Positions 19,743 through 29,563 of a DNA stretch of 64,000 bases are shown here, piece by piece (position 1 is the stretch's first letter; the number at the start of each line of letters is the position of its first letter). Position numbers and translations under genes: made by a program. A model generated the notes under the pieces. The model was not told where the DNA came from, did no database searches, and worked only from the letters and a program-made list of their open reading frames with translations. The DNA lies in NCBI GenBank assembly GCA_963665115.1, contig OY762007.1, positions 8,608,001 to 8,672,000 of the forward strand, in the 5' to 3' direction. Source of the DNA: an uncultured Rivularia sp. (GTDB taxonomy: Bacteria > Cyanobacteriota > Cyanobacteriia > Cyanobacteriales > Nostocaceae).

Positions 19743-20954
19743 TTATAAACTTTTACAAGCAACTTCTTCTTCAAGCAACCGATTGTAACCAAAATTATCT
19801 TCTCCACGTATCAAAACAGCTTTCCACTTATCTAAGCTAAGTGTTTTAACACCAAAAGTTTTAATATCATGCTTTTCTTCAAGCATCTTTTTAGTATAAA
19901 TGCGAGTATCAGTCCTGCTTATGCGACCATTTACCGCCCATCTCCAACCATCAGTTATATTATCTAATGAACCATGAATCGCTCGCTCAGTAAAAATAAA
20001 GAATTGCCCAGCTTTCATTTCAATTACTTTTTCATCTTTGGGATTAATTTGGCAATCAATATCTGCTTGATAACCACCGTATATTCTTTCTTCAATATCA
20101 GATTTGCTTTTATCTTCAATCTTAAGTTTCAGCGGGTAAATTTCCTTATGAGAGCCAGCAACTAATTTCATACAGCCATTTTCTTTAGTGGCATCAGTAA
20201 GAGCAATCCAGCAGGTAAGTTCAAATAACTCTTCACAGTCTGGAGGTTGCACAACAGATTGTTGCAAATTATCAAATAACCAAGTGCTAGCTTGATGCCA
20301 TTTGGTTCCAGCACTGAAGGGAGACTTTTGAAAAAACTGACTGCGCCATAAAATCAAATTCTGTCCTAATAATTGAGCGCAACGCTCGGTAACAGAGGGA
20401 TGCTTGAACAAATTTAATAATACATTATCCTCTAAATGCCTGTCTTTAGTATTAAGTCGTTCATAAACAAATTCTTCATTCTCATTCTTTAATTGTTTGT
20501 GATTATTTGAAGGCAAATTTTGATTATCTTGATTACCATTATCTTGGAACACAAAATCATTGCCGGAATAAGAATAAATTTTAGACTCAGTTTTAGTTGC
20601 TAATTTGACTAAATGCTCTTTAATTTGCTCTGCTTCATCTGAAGGCATTAAATCGAATGGACCAATATAACCATTTTCATAAAAGAATTCAATATCTTTT
20701 TCTGTTAATTGATATTCTAAATCAACAATTGCCTTTGGCTTATAATCAATAGATTCTTTGAACTTTACGTAATAGTCAAAATATAATTTATCACCGCCCG
20801 ATTTAAATGCAACCCAAAACATTTGATTGTTCCAACCCGTAGGCAATGATTTTTTGATTCTATTGGGTAATAAAGCCTGAAAAATTTTAAACTTAACAAA
20901 AAAGTAATAAAAAGCAATTTTTAGACGAAATGCAAGCTTTGAAATATTTAACAT
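19743..20954 (-). CDS. SyrB2/BarB-type non-heme Fe(II)/2OG halogenase (likely start MLNISK at 20954)
   Basis: 'DRHLEDNVLL...LILWRSQFFQK...GTKWHQA' parallels SyrB2 'DRHLDD...WRTEFFPK...GTDWHQA'. The H-x-A motif leaves the halide site open; the distal His is in 'IHGS'. Confidence 0.82.
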   Translation of the reverse strand: MLNISKLAFRLKIAFYYFFVKFKIFQALLPNRIKKSLPTGWNNQMFWVAFKSGGDKLYFDYYVKFKESIDYKPKAIVDLEYQLTEKDIEFFYENGYIGPFDLMPSDEAEQIKEHLVKLATKTESKIYSYSGNDFVFQDNGNQDNQNLPSNNHKQLKNENEEFVYERLNTKDRHLEDNVLLNLFKHPSVTERCAQLLGQNLILWRSQFFQKSPFSAGTKWHQASTWLFDNLQQSVVQPPDCEELFELTCWIALTDATKENGCMKLVAGSHKEIYPLKLKIEDKSKSDIEERIYGGYQADIDCQINPKDEKVIEMKAGQFFIFTERAIHGSLDNITDGWRWAVNGRISRTDTRIYTKKMLEEKHDIKTFGVKTLSLDKWKAVLIRGEDNFGYNRLLEEEVACKSL

Positions 20955-21043
20955 AGTAAACCTATTTTTTCTATATTTTGCAATTAGAGTTAAAGAATGA
21001 TTGTGAGAATTAAAGAATTCGATTTCTAAATGAATAAAAATAA

Positions 21044-21790
21044 TTACACCGCAAATTGGCAAAGATTTTCATACACTTTTAATGCTCTATCTACAATATC
21101 TACATCTTCAGAGCGAATTTCTTCTTTTACTTCGGTGGGTGGCAATATTCCACTACTATTATTTAAAGTTTTACGCCACTTTGCATAAGATTCTGGGTTG
21201 CGAAACTGCCCTTGCGTCAATCTAGCATCTTCCCAACTAAGCATTTGAGGGTAAAAATCTACTCCTATTTGCTGACAATAGTGGTGCAAAACCTTTTCCG
21301 GATTGCGACGAAATGAATTTCCTTCAACAACGATTGGTTTTTGGTTTAATTCTTCAGTTACTATCTTCCACATTTGCAACAGTCCCCTAAAGCCAAATTC
21401 TTCTTCTGTAGGATACTCATTCAACCTATACCAAGAAGCCATCACCTCTTGAGGATGTCGCACAATGAAAGTGTTGGTAATAGAAGCTAGAAAATCTTTG
21501 AAATCTTTATCGATGTAGGGTAGAGGATAAAAAGCCATATCTTTAACAAAAGTTAAAGGAGCTACTTTTGAGGCGATCGCCTCAATTGCTGAATTGCTAT
21601 CAAAATCTTGCATTTCCTCATAATCTCCACAGCGATTAGAGCGTCGCGATTTACTATAGTAATAAACATTACCGAATGGCTCATGTACAATTTCTGTATC
21701 ATGACGTTGAGAAAACGTTTTCTCAAAAGCGTTTGATACGCATCTAGGTGCAGCCCATAAAGCTACTATTTTAGACGCTTTAATTTTCAT
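21044..21790 (-). CDS. CyrJ-like sulfotransferase
   Basis: 'ALWAAPRCVSNAF...SQRHDT..VHEPF', 'FIVRHPQE', 'EEFGF', 'PIVVEG', 'MLSW' match the CyrJ/Sulfotransfer_5 pattern as I recall it. Confidence 0.78.
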   Translation of the reverse strand: MKIKASKIVALWAAPRCVSNAFEKTFSQRHDTEIVHEPFGNVYYYSKSRRSNRCGDYEEMQDFDSNSAIEAIASKVAPLTFVKDMAFYPLPYIDKDFKDFLASITNTFIVRHPQEVMASWYRLNEYPTEEEFGFRGLLQMWKIVTEELNQKPIVVEGNSFRRNPEKVLHHYCQQIGVDFYPQMLSWEDARLTQGQFRNPESYAKWRKTLNNSSGILPPTEVKEEIRSEDVDIVDRALKVYENLCQFAV

Positions 21791-21884
21791 ATTTAAATAG
21801 AATATTAAACAAAGATAATAAGGTTTGCATCTAGTTCAGCCAAAAAGCGAAAATTAACTTCAAAAATTTAAAAATCGAATTAAT

Positions 21885-22263
21885 TTAAACTACTCCCACC
21901 TTCAATTTCTGACTAAAATAACCTAACTCTTCAAGCTTATTCAAAACTTTCATCACGCTTTCTTCCACCGTTTCCAAATCAGTCCGACATTCAACAGTAG
22001 GATTAACAGGAGCTTCATAAGGGTCATCAATTCCAGTAAAATTTGTAATTTCTCCCCTACGCGCTCGCTTATATAAACCTTTAACATCTCGCTCCTCACA
22101 CACTTTTAAAGGAGCATTAACATAAACCTCTACAAAATCGCCAATTTTCTGCTTCACCTCCAATCTGGTTTCACTATATGGAGATATTGCGGATACCAAA
22201 ACAATTACACCGTTACGAGTTAAAAGATGGGAAACAAAGCCAATTCGACGTATATTCTCATCT
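21885..22263 (-). pseudogene. cysC: 5'-truncated adenylylsulfate kinase lacking the P-loop
   Basis: '[10 protein letters not shown]...SAISPY...[39 protein letters not shown]'. Upstream sequence is unrelated (phoD-like start), and no GxSGxGK motif is present. Confidence 0.85.
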
Positions 22264-22290
22264 ATAAAAGACATCGTTGAACTTAACAAC

Positions 22291-22599
22291 TGTTCGAGTT
22301 TGGGTAGAAGTCATCTCATGAATCCCAATCTTATTAGTGATACTTTCCTCAAGTCATATATTTTTTATCAATTGACTACAGAAGTATTTAGGTATTCATA
22401 ACTCGTTCGTTTAATAATACTTTTGATTTACCCCCTCAATTCATTATTAAATATATATTCTAAAATAAGACAATTTGTCAATTCATTGTTCTTAATATTT
22501 TGGCACATAAATCTAAATTAAAAATACAAATATTTTTCCAGTGTTTTGATTGAATAAAATTACAAGAATAAACTTACTTTTCTTACTTTTCTTATTTAG
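22291..22599 (-). repeat. Left copy of a ~300-bp inverted duplication (upstream region + first codons of a phoD paralog)
   Basis: Its reverse complement aligns with 23701-24003, with shared blocks such as TGTAATTTTATTCAATCAAAACAC, GATTTATGTGCCAAAATATTAAGAACAATGAATTGACAAAT and ATGACTTCTACCCAAACT. Confidence 0.9.
22573..22599 (-). promoter_or_regulatory. Putative operator: 9-bp direct repeats
   Basis: cttactttt-cttactttt-cttatttag on the + strand. Confidence 0.55.
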
Positions 22600-23199
22600 T
22601 TAATAACTATCTCAAAATACGTTTCTGACTTGAGGGCTATTGATGAATATGATATTTATGTAGCTTTAATATTGCTAAAGTTTAGTTCTTAGTAAGGTCG
22701 ATTTAAATTTTATATTGTTTATTTACAAGACTTTGTGCTATTGCATTTCGTGCTGATATTGCTTAAATGTAAAAATACTCACTTATAATATTTTGCATTA
22801 TAAAATCATTATTATTTAGAGAAAATAAAGGTTCTTCAGCACTTGGTATGCTAATTAAATAGTCGTAAAAAGGCAGAGGGCAGAAGGGAAAAAATAACTG
22901 TATAACGTTAATAATGCGAATAAATACTTTAAAGTCCTTGCATAACAAGTATTTCAGGATTACTAACTAAATATTTAGCATACTATGTAATGAAGAGCCA
23001 AAATAAATTATAAATAGACTTTAACCCAGGGGAGAGAAATATATTTTTAAGTTCCCCAAAATAAGGGGGATTTAAGGGATTACCGCCATTTGTATATTAA
23101 TCCAGTACCTAATAAACCTAAAAATATTAATAAACCAAAACTATTGGATGACTCCGGTACTGATTTCAGCTGATGAGAAGCAGAGTCTAACCAACTGTA

Positions 23200-23339
23200 T
23201 CTGACAACGGTGCGTATGAATGAAATCTCAACTCGCGCTGTAAATGCTGGCGTACCAGATTCATTTATTTTACCAGCAGACCCTGCTTTAGGACTGTATG
23301 ATTCTCAAGGACGCTGGACAAATGGTCCGACAGCTGTTC
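23200..23339 (+). pseudogene. Fragment of a GDSL hydrolase gene, paralogous to 47446-47583
   Basis: Nucleotide match TCTGACAACGGTGC...GAAATCTCAACTC...TTTATTTTACCAGCAGA...TGGACAAATGG..C.ACAGCTGTT. Confidence 0.85.
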
Positions 23340-23372
23340 AAGCCTATCACTTGCTTGAGAAGATGGAATATA

Positions 23373-23417
23373 GAAAGTAAGAAAAATATGAAAAATATGA
23401 AAAATATGAAAAGTGAA
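23373..23417 (+). promoter_or_regulatory. Variant 9-bp tandem array
   Basis: gaaagtaag-(aaaaatatg)x3-aaaagtgaa. Confidence 0.45.
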
Positions 23418-23446
23418 AAGGTAATTACTCTAAATTTAAATTAATT

Positions 23447-23547
23447 GGCGTTGCTGATTATAAGTATGAATAGTCCCCCAAAATTGGGGGATTTAGGGGG
23501 CTAATAAATACAAGAAAAACGAATTCATATTTCAATTCAGCAACGCC
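23447..23547. mobile_element. MITE with GGCGTTGCTGA TIRs and 8-bp AATTAATT flanks
   Basis: GGCGTTGCTGA...TCAGCAACGCC, flanked by aattaatt on both sides. Confidence 0.75.
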
Positions 23548-23700
23548 AATTAATTCGTTGATTCGGCAATATCGAAATATATATCATTGATATTATCAAA
23601 TCCTTATCATTCAGGAAAAATCTTCTTCCAATCCTTTTGGTTGGTCATGGATAACTCAATGACTCCCTACCCCGAAATTTTGAGGGGATACAGTTTTTAT

Positions 23701-24003
23701 CTAAGTAAGAAAAGTAAGTTTATTTTTGTAATTTTATTCAATCAAAACACCTGAAAATATTTGTATTTTTAATTTCGATTTATGTGCCAAAATATTAAGA
23801 ACAATGAATTGACAAATAGTATTATTTTAGGTTAGATATATAATAATGAATCGAGGGGTAAATCAAAAAGTATTACTATTAAACCTTCGGAAGTTATGAA
23901 TGTCTAAATAATTCTGTAGTAATTTGAGAAAAATATATGACTTGGAGAAGGTAATACTAATAAGGTTGGGATTCATCAGATGACTTCTACCCAAACTTGA
24001 ACA
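23701..24003 (+). repeat. Right copy of the inverted duplication; begins with two 9-bp repeats (23701-23718)
   Basis: See the left copy at 22291-22599. Confidence 0.9.
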
Positions 24004-24695
24004 AGATATAGAGGAAGATGCAATTGTCCCCAATTAGATAATACGGGTAAAGTCAAACTGCAACTTAAGGGTAGAAAAGAGGCTGAGTGTCTCAAAGATG
24101 GCGATAGCGTAAAAATCCGTTCTCTGGAAACGCTTTTGGGAGACTATAATATTTTAGCTGCTTTTTCCGATAGCTATGATTGCTATTACTGGCAGGATGG
24201 TTATAACCCTTTGACGCAAAGCTGGATTATTTTAATGGTTTTTAGTGATGGGGATGAATTTTACATTACTAACTTTTCTTACCTAAATCAGAGACTGGCA
24301 ATCGACAGGATAAATTATGGCTATATAACTACTAAAGAAAATTCTTTAGATAGGTGCATTATTGAAAGCGCTGATAATAAGTAACCTGTAATCGAATCTA
24401 ATATCAGCAATCCTGCTTCTGTCTTTGGTTTATCTTTTGCATCGGAAAATGCATCGGATAAAGGTGTAATTCTTTGGACTAGGGTTCATCCAAAAGTTTA
24501 CGCAAACCAAGAGTCTTTTGAGTATCAGGTTTGTGATAATCAGAAGGTTTATGTCGATTTCGATAATTGTTTGGAAATGGGTAATACTTATTATTGGTTA
24601 GTTTATAAGGGAATATTTAGTAAGGTTGGTTGCTGTCAAATTTTGAGGAAACATGATGTAGATATGAACAAGTTTCGTTTAGCAATTTTGACTTT
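23980..24695 (+). pseudogene. Degraded 5' third of a phoD paralog (homologous to the gene at 60260)
   Basis: Translates in pieces to VKLQLKG, LKDGDSVKIRSLE.LLGDY, CYYWQDGY, NPASVFGLSFAS...GVILWTRVHP and DMNKFRLAILT, collinear with 60260-61150, with stops and deletions. Confidence 0.88.
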
Positions 24696-24853
24696 TAGAA
24701 TGTGATGAAATTGTATTTATAATTGGTTATTTTGAGAAAAAAGACTGGATTCAAAATAATTTTTTTTAAAAGTAAAAGGTCTTACTGATAGACCTATACA
24801 TAGGCAAGTAAATAAATATTAAGATTATCTAGAAGTTTAAAATTAAAATAAAA

Positions 24854-25135
24854 ATGAATGAAGCATTAAAAGAATTAGAAAAATCTATGCGTCGTGTGGA
24901 AATAAAGAAACTATGGCAACTAAAAAACTCAGGAATTTGTCTTTCTGAAATGCTCAAACTAAGTTTTAGTTTTATGGCTCATGCTATGGAAAGTTGTGAT
25001 TATCGCTTTTTAAATACAGCACTGAAGTTAAACGATAGGTTGCGCTCGGAATACCCGAGTATAAAAGAACTTCCCAAAATTGAAGAGTATGAATGTTATT
25101 GCTTAGAAACCGTAAAAAATAGATTAGGAATTTGA
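24854..25135 (+). CDS. Small hypothetical protein ('DYRFLNTALKLND' motif), abutting the formyltransferase
   Basis: 93-aa ORF whose stop lies 2 nt before the next ATG (25138). Confidence 0.65.
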   Translation: MNEALKELEKSMRRVEIKKLWQLKNSGICLSEMLKLSFSFMAHAMESCDYRFLNTALKLNDRLRSEYPSIKELPKIEEYECYCLETVKNRLGI

Positions 25136-25137
25136 TA

Positions 25138-27405
25138 ATGAAATTTTGTTTATTATCATCTCCACCTTTGGTAACTATCCATATTATTTATCAAGCGCAA
25201 GTTCAAGGTCTTAAATTTGCTGATGTTGTAATTGTAGGTGATGGAGGTCAACAATATAACCTTTTGCGCGAGTATGCCCGTAGCGATCGCTTTAACTTGC
25301 ACTTTATCGAAGATCCTAACAGTAATGAAGGTTTGGCTTTAATGAAAGCAATTGCGCCAGATGTTTTAGCTGTAAATGTTTTAAACATTTTACGTAAACC
25401 AATACTAGAAATTCCCAAAGTTGCTACAGTAAATATTCATACAGGTATATTGCCCCAGTATCGTGGTTTAGAAAGTAGACGTTGGGCAATTCTTGAAGGA
25501 GGACAAGTAGGTGTCAGTGCCCACCTAGTTGATGAGGGTTTAGATACGGGTGAAATTCTGATCAAAAGGGAACTGGAGTTACAGCCAGGAGACACTATAG
25601 AAACAGTTACATCTCGCAATTACTACACTAATAAATGGCAAGTATTTATTGAAGCTTTGCTTAAGGTAAAACGTGGCGAGGTAAAAGGTATTAAACAGCA
25701 ACTAAATGAAGGTAAGCAATACTTCATTATGCATCCTAAATTAGCCAAAGTTGTTGATTTAATTTTGGAGTCGAGAGAGAATCCGTCAGTGTCCTCAAAA
25801 TCAACTAATAAAAGAAAACACATGAAAAAAAACTGTGAGTTGGTTCAAGGAAAAGCTAATCGTTGGCTTCCAGCTAGTGCTTTAACTTGGTGCGATGGTA
25901 GGCAAGGATTTGAAACTTATTTTGAACACGTAACTAAATTTCGACGGGCTGTTAGCAAATTAGTAGATAGGGCTGGTGGCAAAGCAATACTAAAAATGTG
26001 CGATGTTTCTCATCCAGCAACACCGGAGAATATAACAAATGTAGTTGAATCTGCTTTAAGTAAACATATCAACAGTGATATACAAACTAGTTTGATAAAA
26101 AGCTTAAAAATCAAAGAACATCAGCCACAACAGGCAAGAGAGGCAATCGCAGCTATTCTTAACCAGCGTATCGAGAGTGCTGTATCTGAGTCGGAAGTAC
26201 TCATTCTCTATGGTAGTTCAATGCAGTGGCTAGATATCGTTTTTAGACAAGCGATTGTTAAATCCCTCCATGATGACTTTCAAAATTATGGTTACGCCAA
26301 ACAGCCAATCGTGCTTGCACCTGCTGGTTCTTTTAAATGTGGGGGATATTTCCCTCACGCCAATGGCAGCAAAATTCATTACATAAATACACAACTATCG
26401 AACAACTATAAACTGACAGCAGATTTACTAGACCAAACAATTCAAGAGGTAGAAGCTGACGGAAGTAAGAAAGTAGTTTGTTTTGTATTGGAAACACCAA
26501 CAGCCCTTGGGCAGAATTTTACTAAGCCAGAATTATTCCAAATTGCCCAAGTTCTTGCTCAATATCCACATATTCTTTGGTTGCAAGATGGTTATAATCT
26601 TGGCACTGAACATGATGGCATTTTAAATCCTTCCCTCGCAGATTGTTCGGAAATCGCCATGCAAGGCTGTACTATATCTTCCTTCCGAAGGGACTGGGGT
26701 GGTGCTGCAACAATTGCTAATGTTAGTGCTTTTCATACTTTTAACCAGTTGCTACTAAATGAAATTAGCAAGCAATGTTCTGAAACTTATTTCTATACAC
26801 ATCTGCCGTTTTCGGAAGCACAGCTAATTGTGACTAATGCCATTGCCGAAGCAATGAAAAATTCTAGCTTTCCTCAAGAAAGCCAAATATATTTTAAACA
26901 GCAGTTAGCAGAATATGCAGGTTGTGTTGAAAAAACCAATGACCATATTAATAAAATATTAGGAACGCAAAATGTAAAATATATCTATACAATAAAACCT
27001 CAAGCAGGGCAATTTGGCTTCTTATTTTTTAATAAAGGTACTACCGATAAATCAGGTGCAACCAGCAGTACCAAAATAGCCGAACTGATGTGTCTGTACG
27101 AAGGTTGTCGCGTTATGCCTACTTTACTTGACCCAATGGGAATCGGTAAAGACCCAGTTGGTATTCGCATTAATGTAGCGATGTCGAAAAATCCTGAAAA
27201 AAATCTTCAAATTATACATGAAGCTTTAGATAGGATTGGTAACACGGTTATCCAGATGGAAAAAGGACTAATTTCCTACAACCAATTTGCTCCATTAGCA
27301 GAAAAATTACGGAAATACGATCGTTTAGACTACTCAGATGAACTTATATCTAAAATGGGTTTACAGCCATCCGAACACCAAGATTTAGTGTCACAAATTA
27401 ACTGA
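25138..27405 (+). CDS. N10-formyl-THF formyltransferase fused to a divergent fold-type I PLP domain
   Basis: The N-terminus has the catalytic 'NIHTGILPQYRG' and 'HLVDEGLDTG'. The C-terminus has aminotransferase-like 'ETPTALG', 'LQDGY', 'SSFRRDWG', 'KPQAGQF' and 'IRINVA'. Confidence 0.75.
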   Translation: MKFCLLSSPPLVTIHIIYQAQVQGLKFADVVIVGDGGQQYNLLREYARSDRFNLHFIEDPNSNEGLALMKAIAPDVLAVNVLNILRKPILEIPKVATVNIHTGILPQYRGLESRRWAILEGGQVGVSAHLVDEGLDTGEILIKRELELQPGDTIETVTSRNYYTNKWQVFIEALLKVKRGEVKGIKQQLNEGKQYFIMHPKLAKVVDLILESRENPSVSSKSTNKRKHMKKNCELVQGKANRWLPASALTWCDGRQGFETYFEHVTKFRRAVSKLVDRAGGKAILKMCDVSHPATPENITNVVESALSKHINSDIQTSLIKSLKIKEHQPQQAREAIAAILNQRIESAVSESEVLILYGSSMQWLDIVFRQAIVKSLHDDFQNYGYAKQPIVLAPAGSFKCGGYFPHANGSKIHYINTQLSNNYKLTADLLDQTIQEVEADGSKKVVCFVLETPTALGQNFTKPELFQIAQVLAQYPHILWLQDGYNLGTEHDGILNPSLADCSEIAMQGCTISSFRRDWGGAATIANVSAFHTFNQLLLNEISKQCSETYFYTHLPFSEAQLIVTNAIAEAMKNSSFPQESQIYFKQQLAEYAGCVEKTNDHINKILGTQNVKYIYTIKPQAGQFGFLFFNKGTTDKSGATSSTKIAELMCLYEGCRVMPTLLDPMGIGKDPVGIRINVAMSKNPEKNLQIIHEALDRIGNTVIQMEKGLISYNQFAPLAEKLRKYDRLDYSDELISKMGLQPSEHQDLVSQIN

Positions 27406-27429
27406 CGATTTACCCGGATTTATTACTAA

Positions 27430-28383
27430 ATGAAAACTCCAAAACTTGATTTAGAAATAGGTAAAGGTGTCTGCGAACAGAAGCAAATAATTACTTACGA
27501 CCCGAAAAGTAACGTTGATTATCAGTCCTTAAAAGCTGGCACAATAGTAAAATATCGTCTAAGTAATGACTTAGATATACTATTAGAAACCCATCCCAAT
27601 GCTTGGACACCTTCTTCGCTTTTCTCTCTCACTATGTGCGAGCTGATAGCCAGTGATAATTGCACCGAGAAGGTAGTAATGGATTTTGCTGGTGGCTCGG
27701 GTATGTTTGGTATAGTTGCTGGTAAATGCGGTGCAGCTAAAGTAATTTGTACTGAGTTGAACCCTTATAGCGTTTCTTTACAAATGCGTAATTGGGAATT
27801 AAATGGTCTTAACCCAAAGGATTTCCAAAGCTTTGAGTCTAACTGCTTTGCTGCTATTAAGGGAAATCAGGAAATCGAAGGTAAAGTTGACCGTATTTAC
27901 CTAAATCCTCCTGCACTTCCTGACACCGAAGAAAATTTGCAAGCAAGACTTAAGTTTGCTCATCAGTTTCGGGGTGGAGAGTGGAATCGTAATGGTGAAC
28001 GCGGCAGGTTGGTGATGGATACGTTAATTACGCAGGGAAGTTCCTATCTTGCGCCCGGAGGAGAAATTCTTTTTATCGCTACTAGTAAAAACGGTCCCCG
28101 ACTAACCTGTAAGTTAATGGAGCAACACTGGGGTAAAGGAATTCAAAATGATGGTGACAATCCTTTAAACTATTTTATTGATTGGAAAGAACGAGGTGAT
28201 GCAAGTTGGGCAGTTATCCGTAAGATTAATGTTCCCTTAGCTAACTATCACAACGATTTTATCCAAAACTATCAAAAACTAGCAGATAAGCAAGGAGAAC
28301 CATCACCCTTCTTGGAAGAAGATGGAAAGCTCTATCAGCAGTTGTATTTTATCCGTGCCAAGAAACCGTTGACGCACTCCTAA
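27430..28383 (+). CDS. Class I SAM-dependent methyltransferase (HemK/MTS-like NPP motif; probably N-methylating)
   Basis: 'VMDFAGGSGMFG', 'TELNP', 'YLNPPALP', 'YLAPGG'. Confidence 0.8.
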   Translation: MKTPKLDLEIGKGVCEQKQIITYDPKSNVDYQSLKAGTIVKYRLSNDLDILLETHPNAWTPSSLFSLTMCELIASDNCTEKVVMDFAGGSGMFGIVAGKCGAAKVICTELNPYSVSLQMRNWELNGLNPKDFQSFESNCFAAIKGNQEIEGKVDRIYLNPPALPDTEENLQARLKFAHQFRGGEWNRNGERGRLVMDTLITQGSSYLAPGGEILFIATSKNGPRLTCKLMEQHWGKGIQNDGDNPLNYFIDWKERGDASWAVIRKINVPLANYHNDFIQNYQKLADKQGEPSPFLEEDGKLYQQLYFIRAKKPLTHS

Positions 28384-28419
28384 ATTTTGCTAGAAACCTG
28401 GTTTTTTCAATTAAAAAAC

Positions 28420-29106
28420 ATGAATTCTTCAATACAAACAATATCTATTGCTGAAAAAATCGCACAAATTCGCCAAGAATTAACAACTGATGTGCGTTTG
28501 ATTGCAATTTCCAAACAAGTATCAGTTGAAAAAATGCGGGAAGCTTATGCTGCGGGGATTAGAGATTTTGGAGAGAATCGTATACAGGAGGCTGTGACTA
28601 AACAGGAAAATCTGCAAGATTTAAAGGACATCTGTTGGCATTTTGTTGGTCACTTACAAAAAAATAAAGCCAAGCAAGTTTTAGAATCTATGAATTGGAT
28701 TCATTCCGTTGACGATTTAAAATTGCTACAGCGTCTAAATAGATTATCAGGTGAAGAAAAAACTGGGCGACCTAAAGTTTGTCTGCAAGTTAAAATTTTA
28801 CCCGACCCGAATAAATATGGCTGGTCAGTTGATGAAATATTAACAGCTTTGCCAGATTTAGAAGCGTGCGAATATTTGGATATTCAAGGATTAATGACGA
28901 TTCTTCCGTTGGGATTATCAAATGCAGAAATTTTTGATGCTTTTGTCGAAACGGGAAAATTGAAGGACAAAATTAATCAAAATAGCAAGTTGCAATTAAA
29001 AGAATTATCTATGGGTATGTCTGGCGATTATTTATTAGCAGTTAAAGCCGGAGCTACAATGGTTCGTTTGGGAAGAACCATTTTTGGTGAAAGGCAATAT
29101 ACCTAA
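28420..29106 (+). CDS. yggS: YggS/PipY-family PLP-binding protein
   Basis: 'LIAISKQ', 'DFGENRIQE', 'WHFVGHLQKNK', 'LSMGMSGDY', 'GATMVRLG'. Confidence 0.9.
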   Translation: MNSSIQTISIAEKIAQIRQELTTDVRLIAISKQVSVEKMREAYAAGIRDFGENRIQEAVTKQENLQDLKDICWHFVGHLQKNKAKQVLESMNWIHSVDDLKLLQRLNRLSGEEKTGRPKVCLQVKILPDPNKYGWSVDEILTALPDLEACEYLDIQGLMTILPLGLSNAEIFDAFVETGKLKDKINQNSKLQLKELSMGMSGDYLLAVKAGATMVRLGRTIFGERQYT

Positions 29107-29154
29107 ACAGATAATTTGTAAAAATACACTCACGACAAATAAAAACAAGCAGCA

Positions 29155-29520
29155 ATGTCAAATCAAACAACATCAAATCCAACAAAAATAAATACATCTA
29201 TTGCTGAAAATTTCAAATGGGGAACTGGTTGTAATGGATGGCATTTATTAAAGAGTGACGATTTGAGTATCGTAGAAGAAATTATGCCTCCTGGCAGCAA
29301 AGGAGTTGAGCATTACCACGAAATTGCCAAACAATTTTTCTATATAATTGAAGGAGAAGCATCTCTTGTAATTGATAAAAAAGAACACCTTTTGAAAAGT
29401 GGTGATGGGATGCTCGTATCTCCAGGATTGCTACATCAAATTAGAAATAAATCAAGCAATGACCTGCATTTTTTAGCCGTCTCTTCGCCGGAATGTTTTA
29501 AAGATAAAGTCTCTCAATAA
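29155..29520 (+). CDS. Cupin-domain protein
   Basis: 'EEIMPPG...HYHEIAKQFFYIIEG...PGLLHQIRN'. Confidence 0.85.
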   Translation: MSNQTTSNPTKINTSIAENFKWGTGCNGWHLLKSDDLSIVEEIMPPGSKGVEHYHEIAKQFFYIIEGEASLVIDKKEHLLKSGDGMLVSPGLLHQIRNKSSNDLHFLAVSSPECFKDKVSQ

Positions 29521-29563
29521 GTCAGATAAATTTGGGTTAATTCTTCACGAATTAAAAATCACA

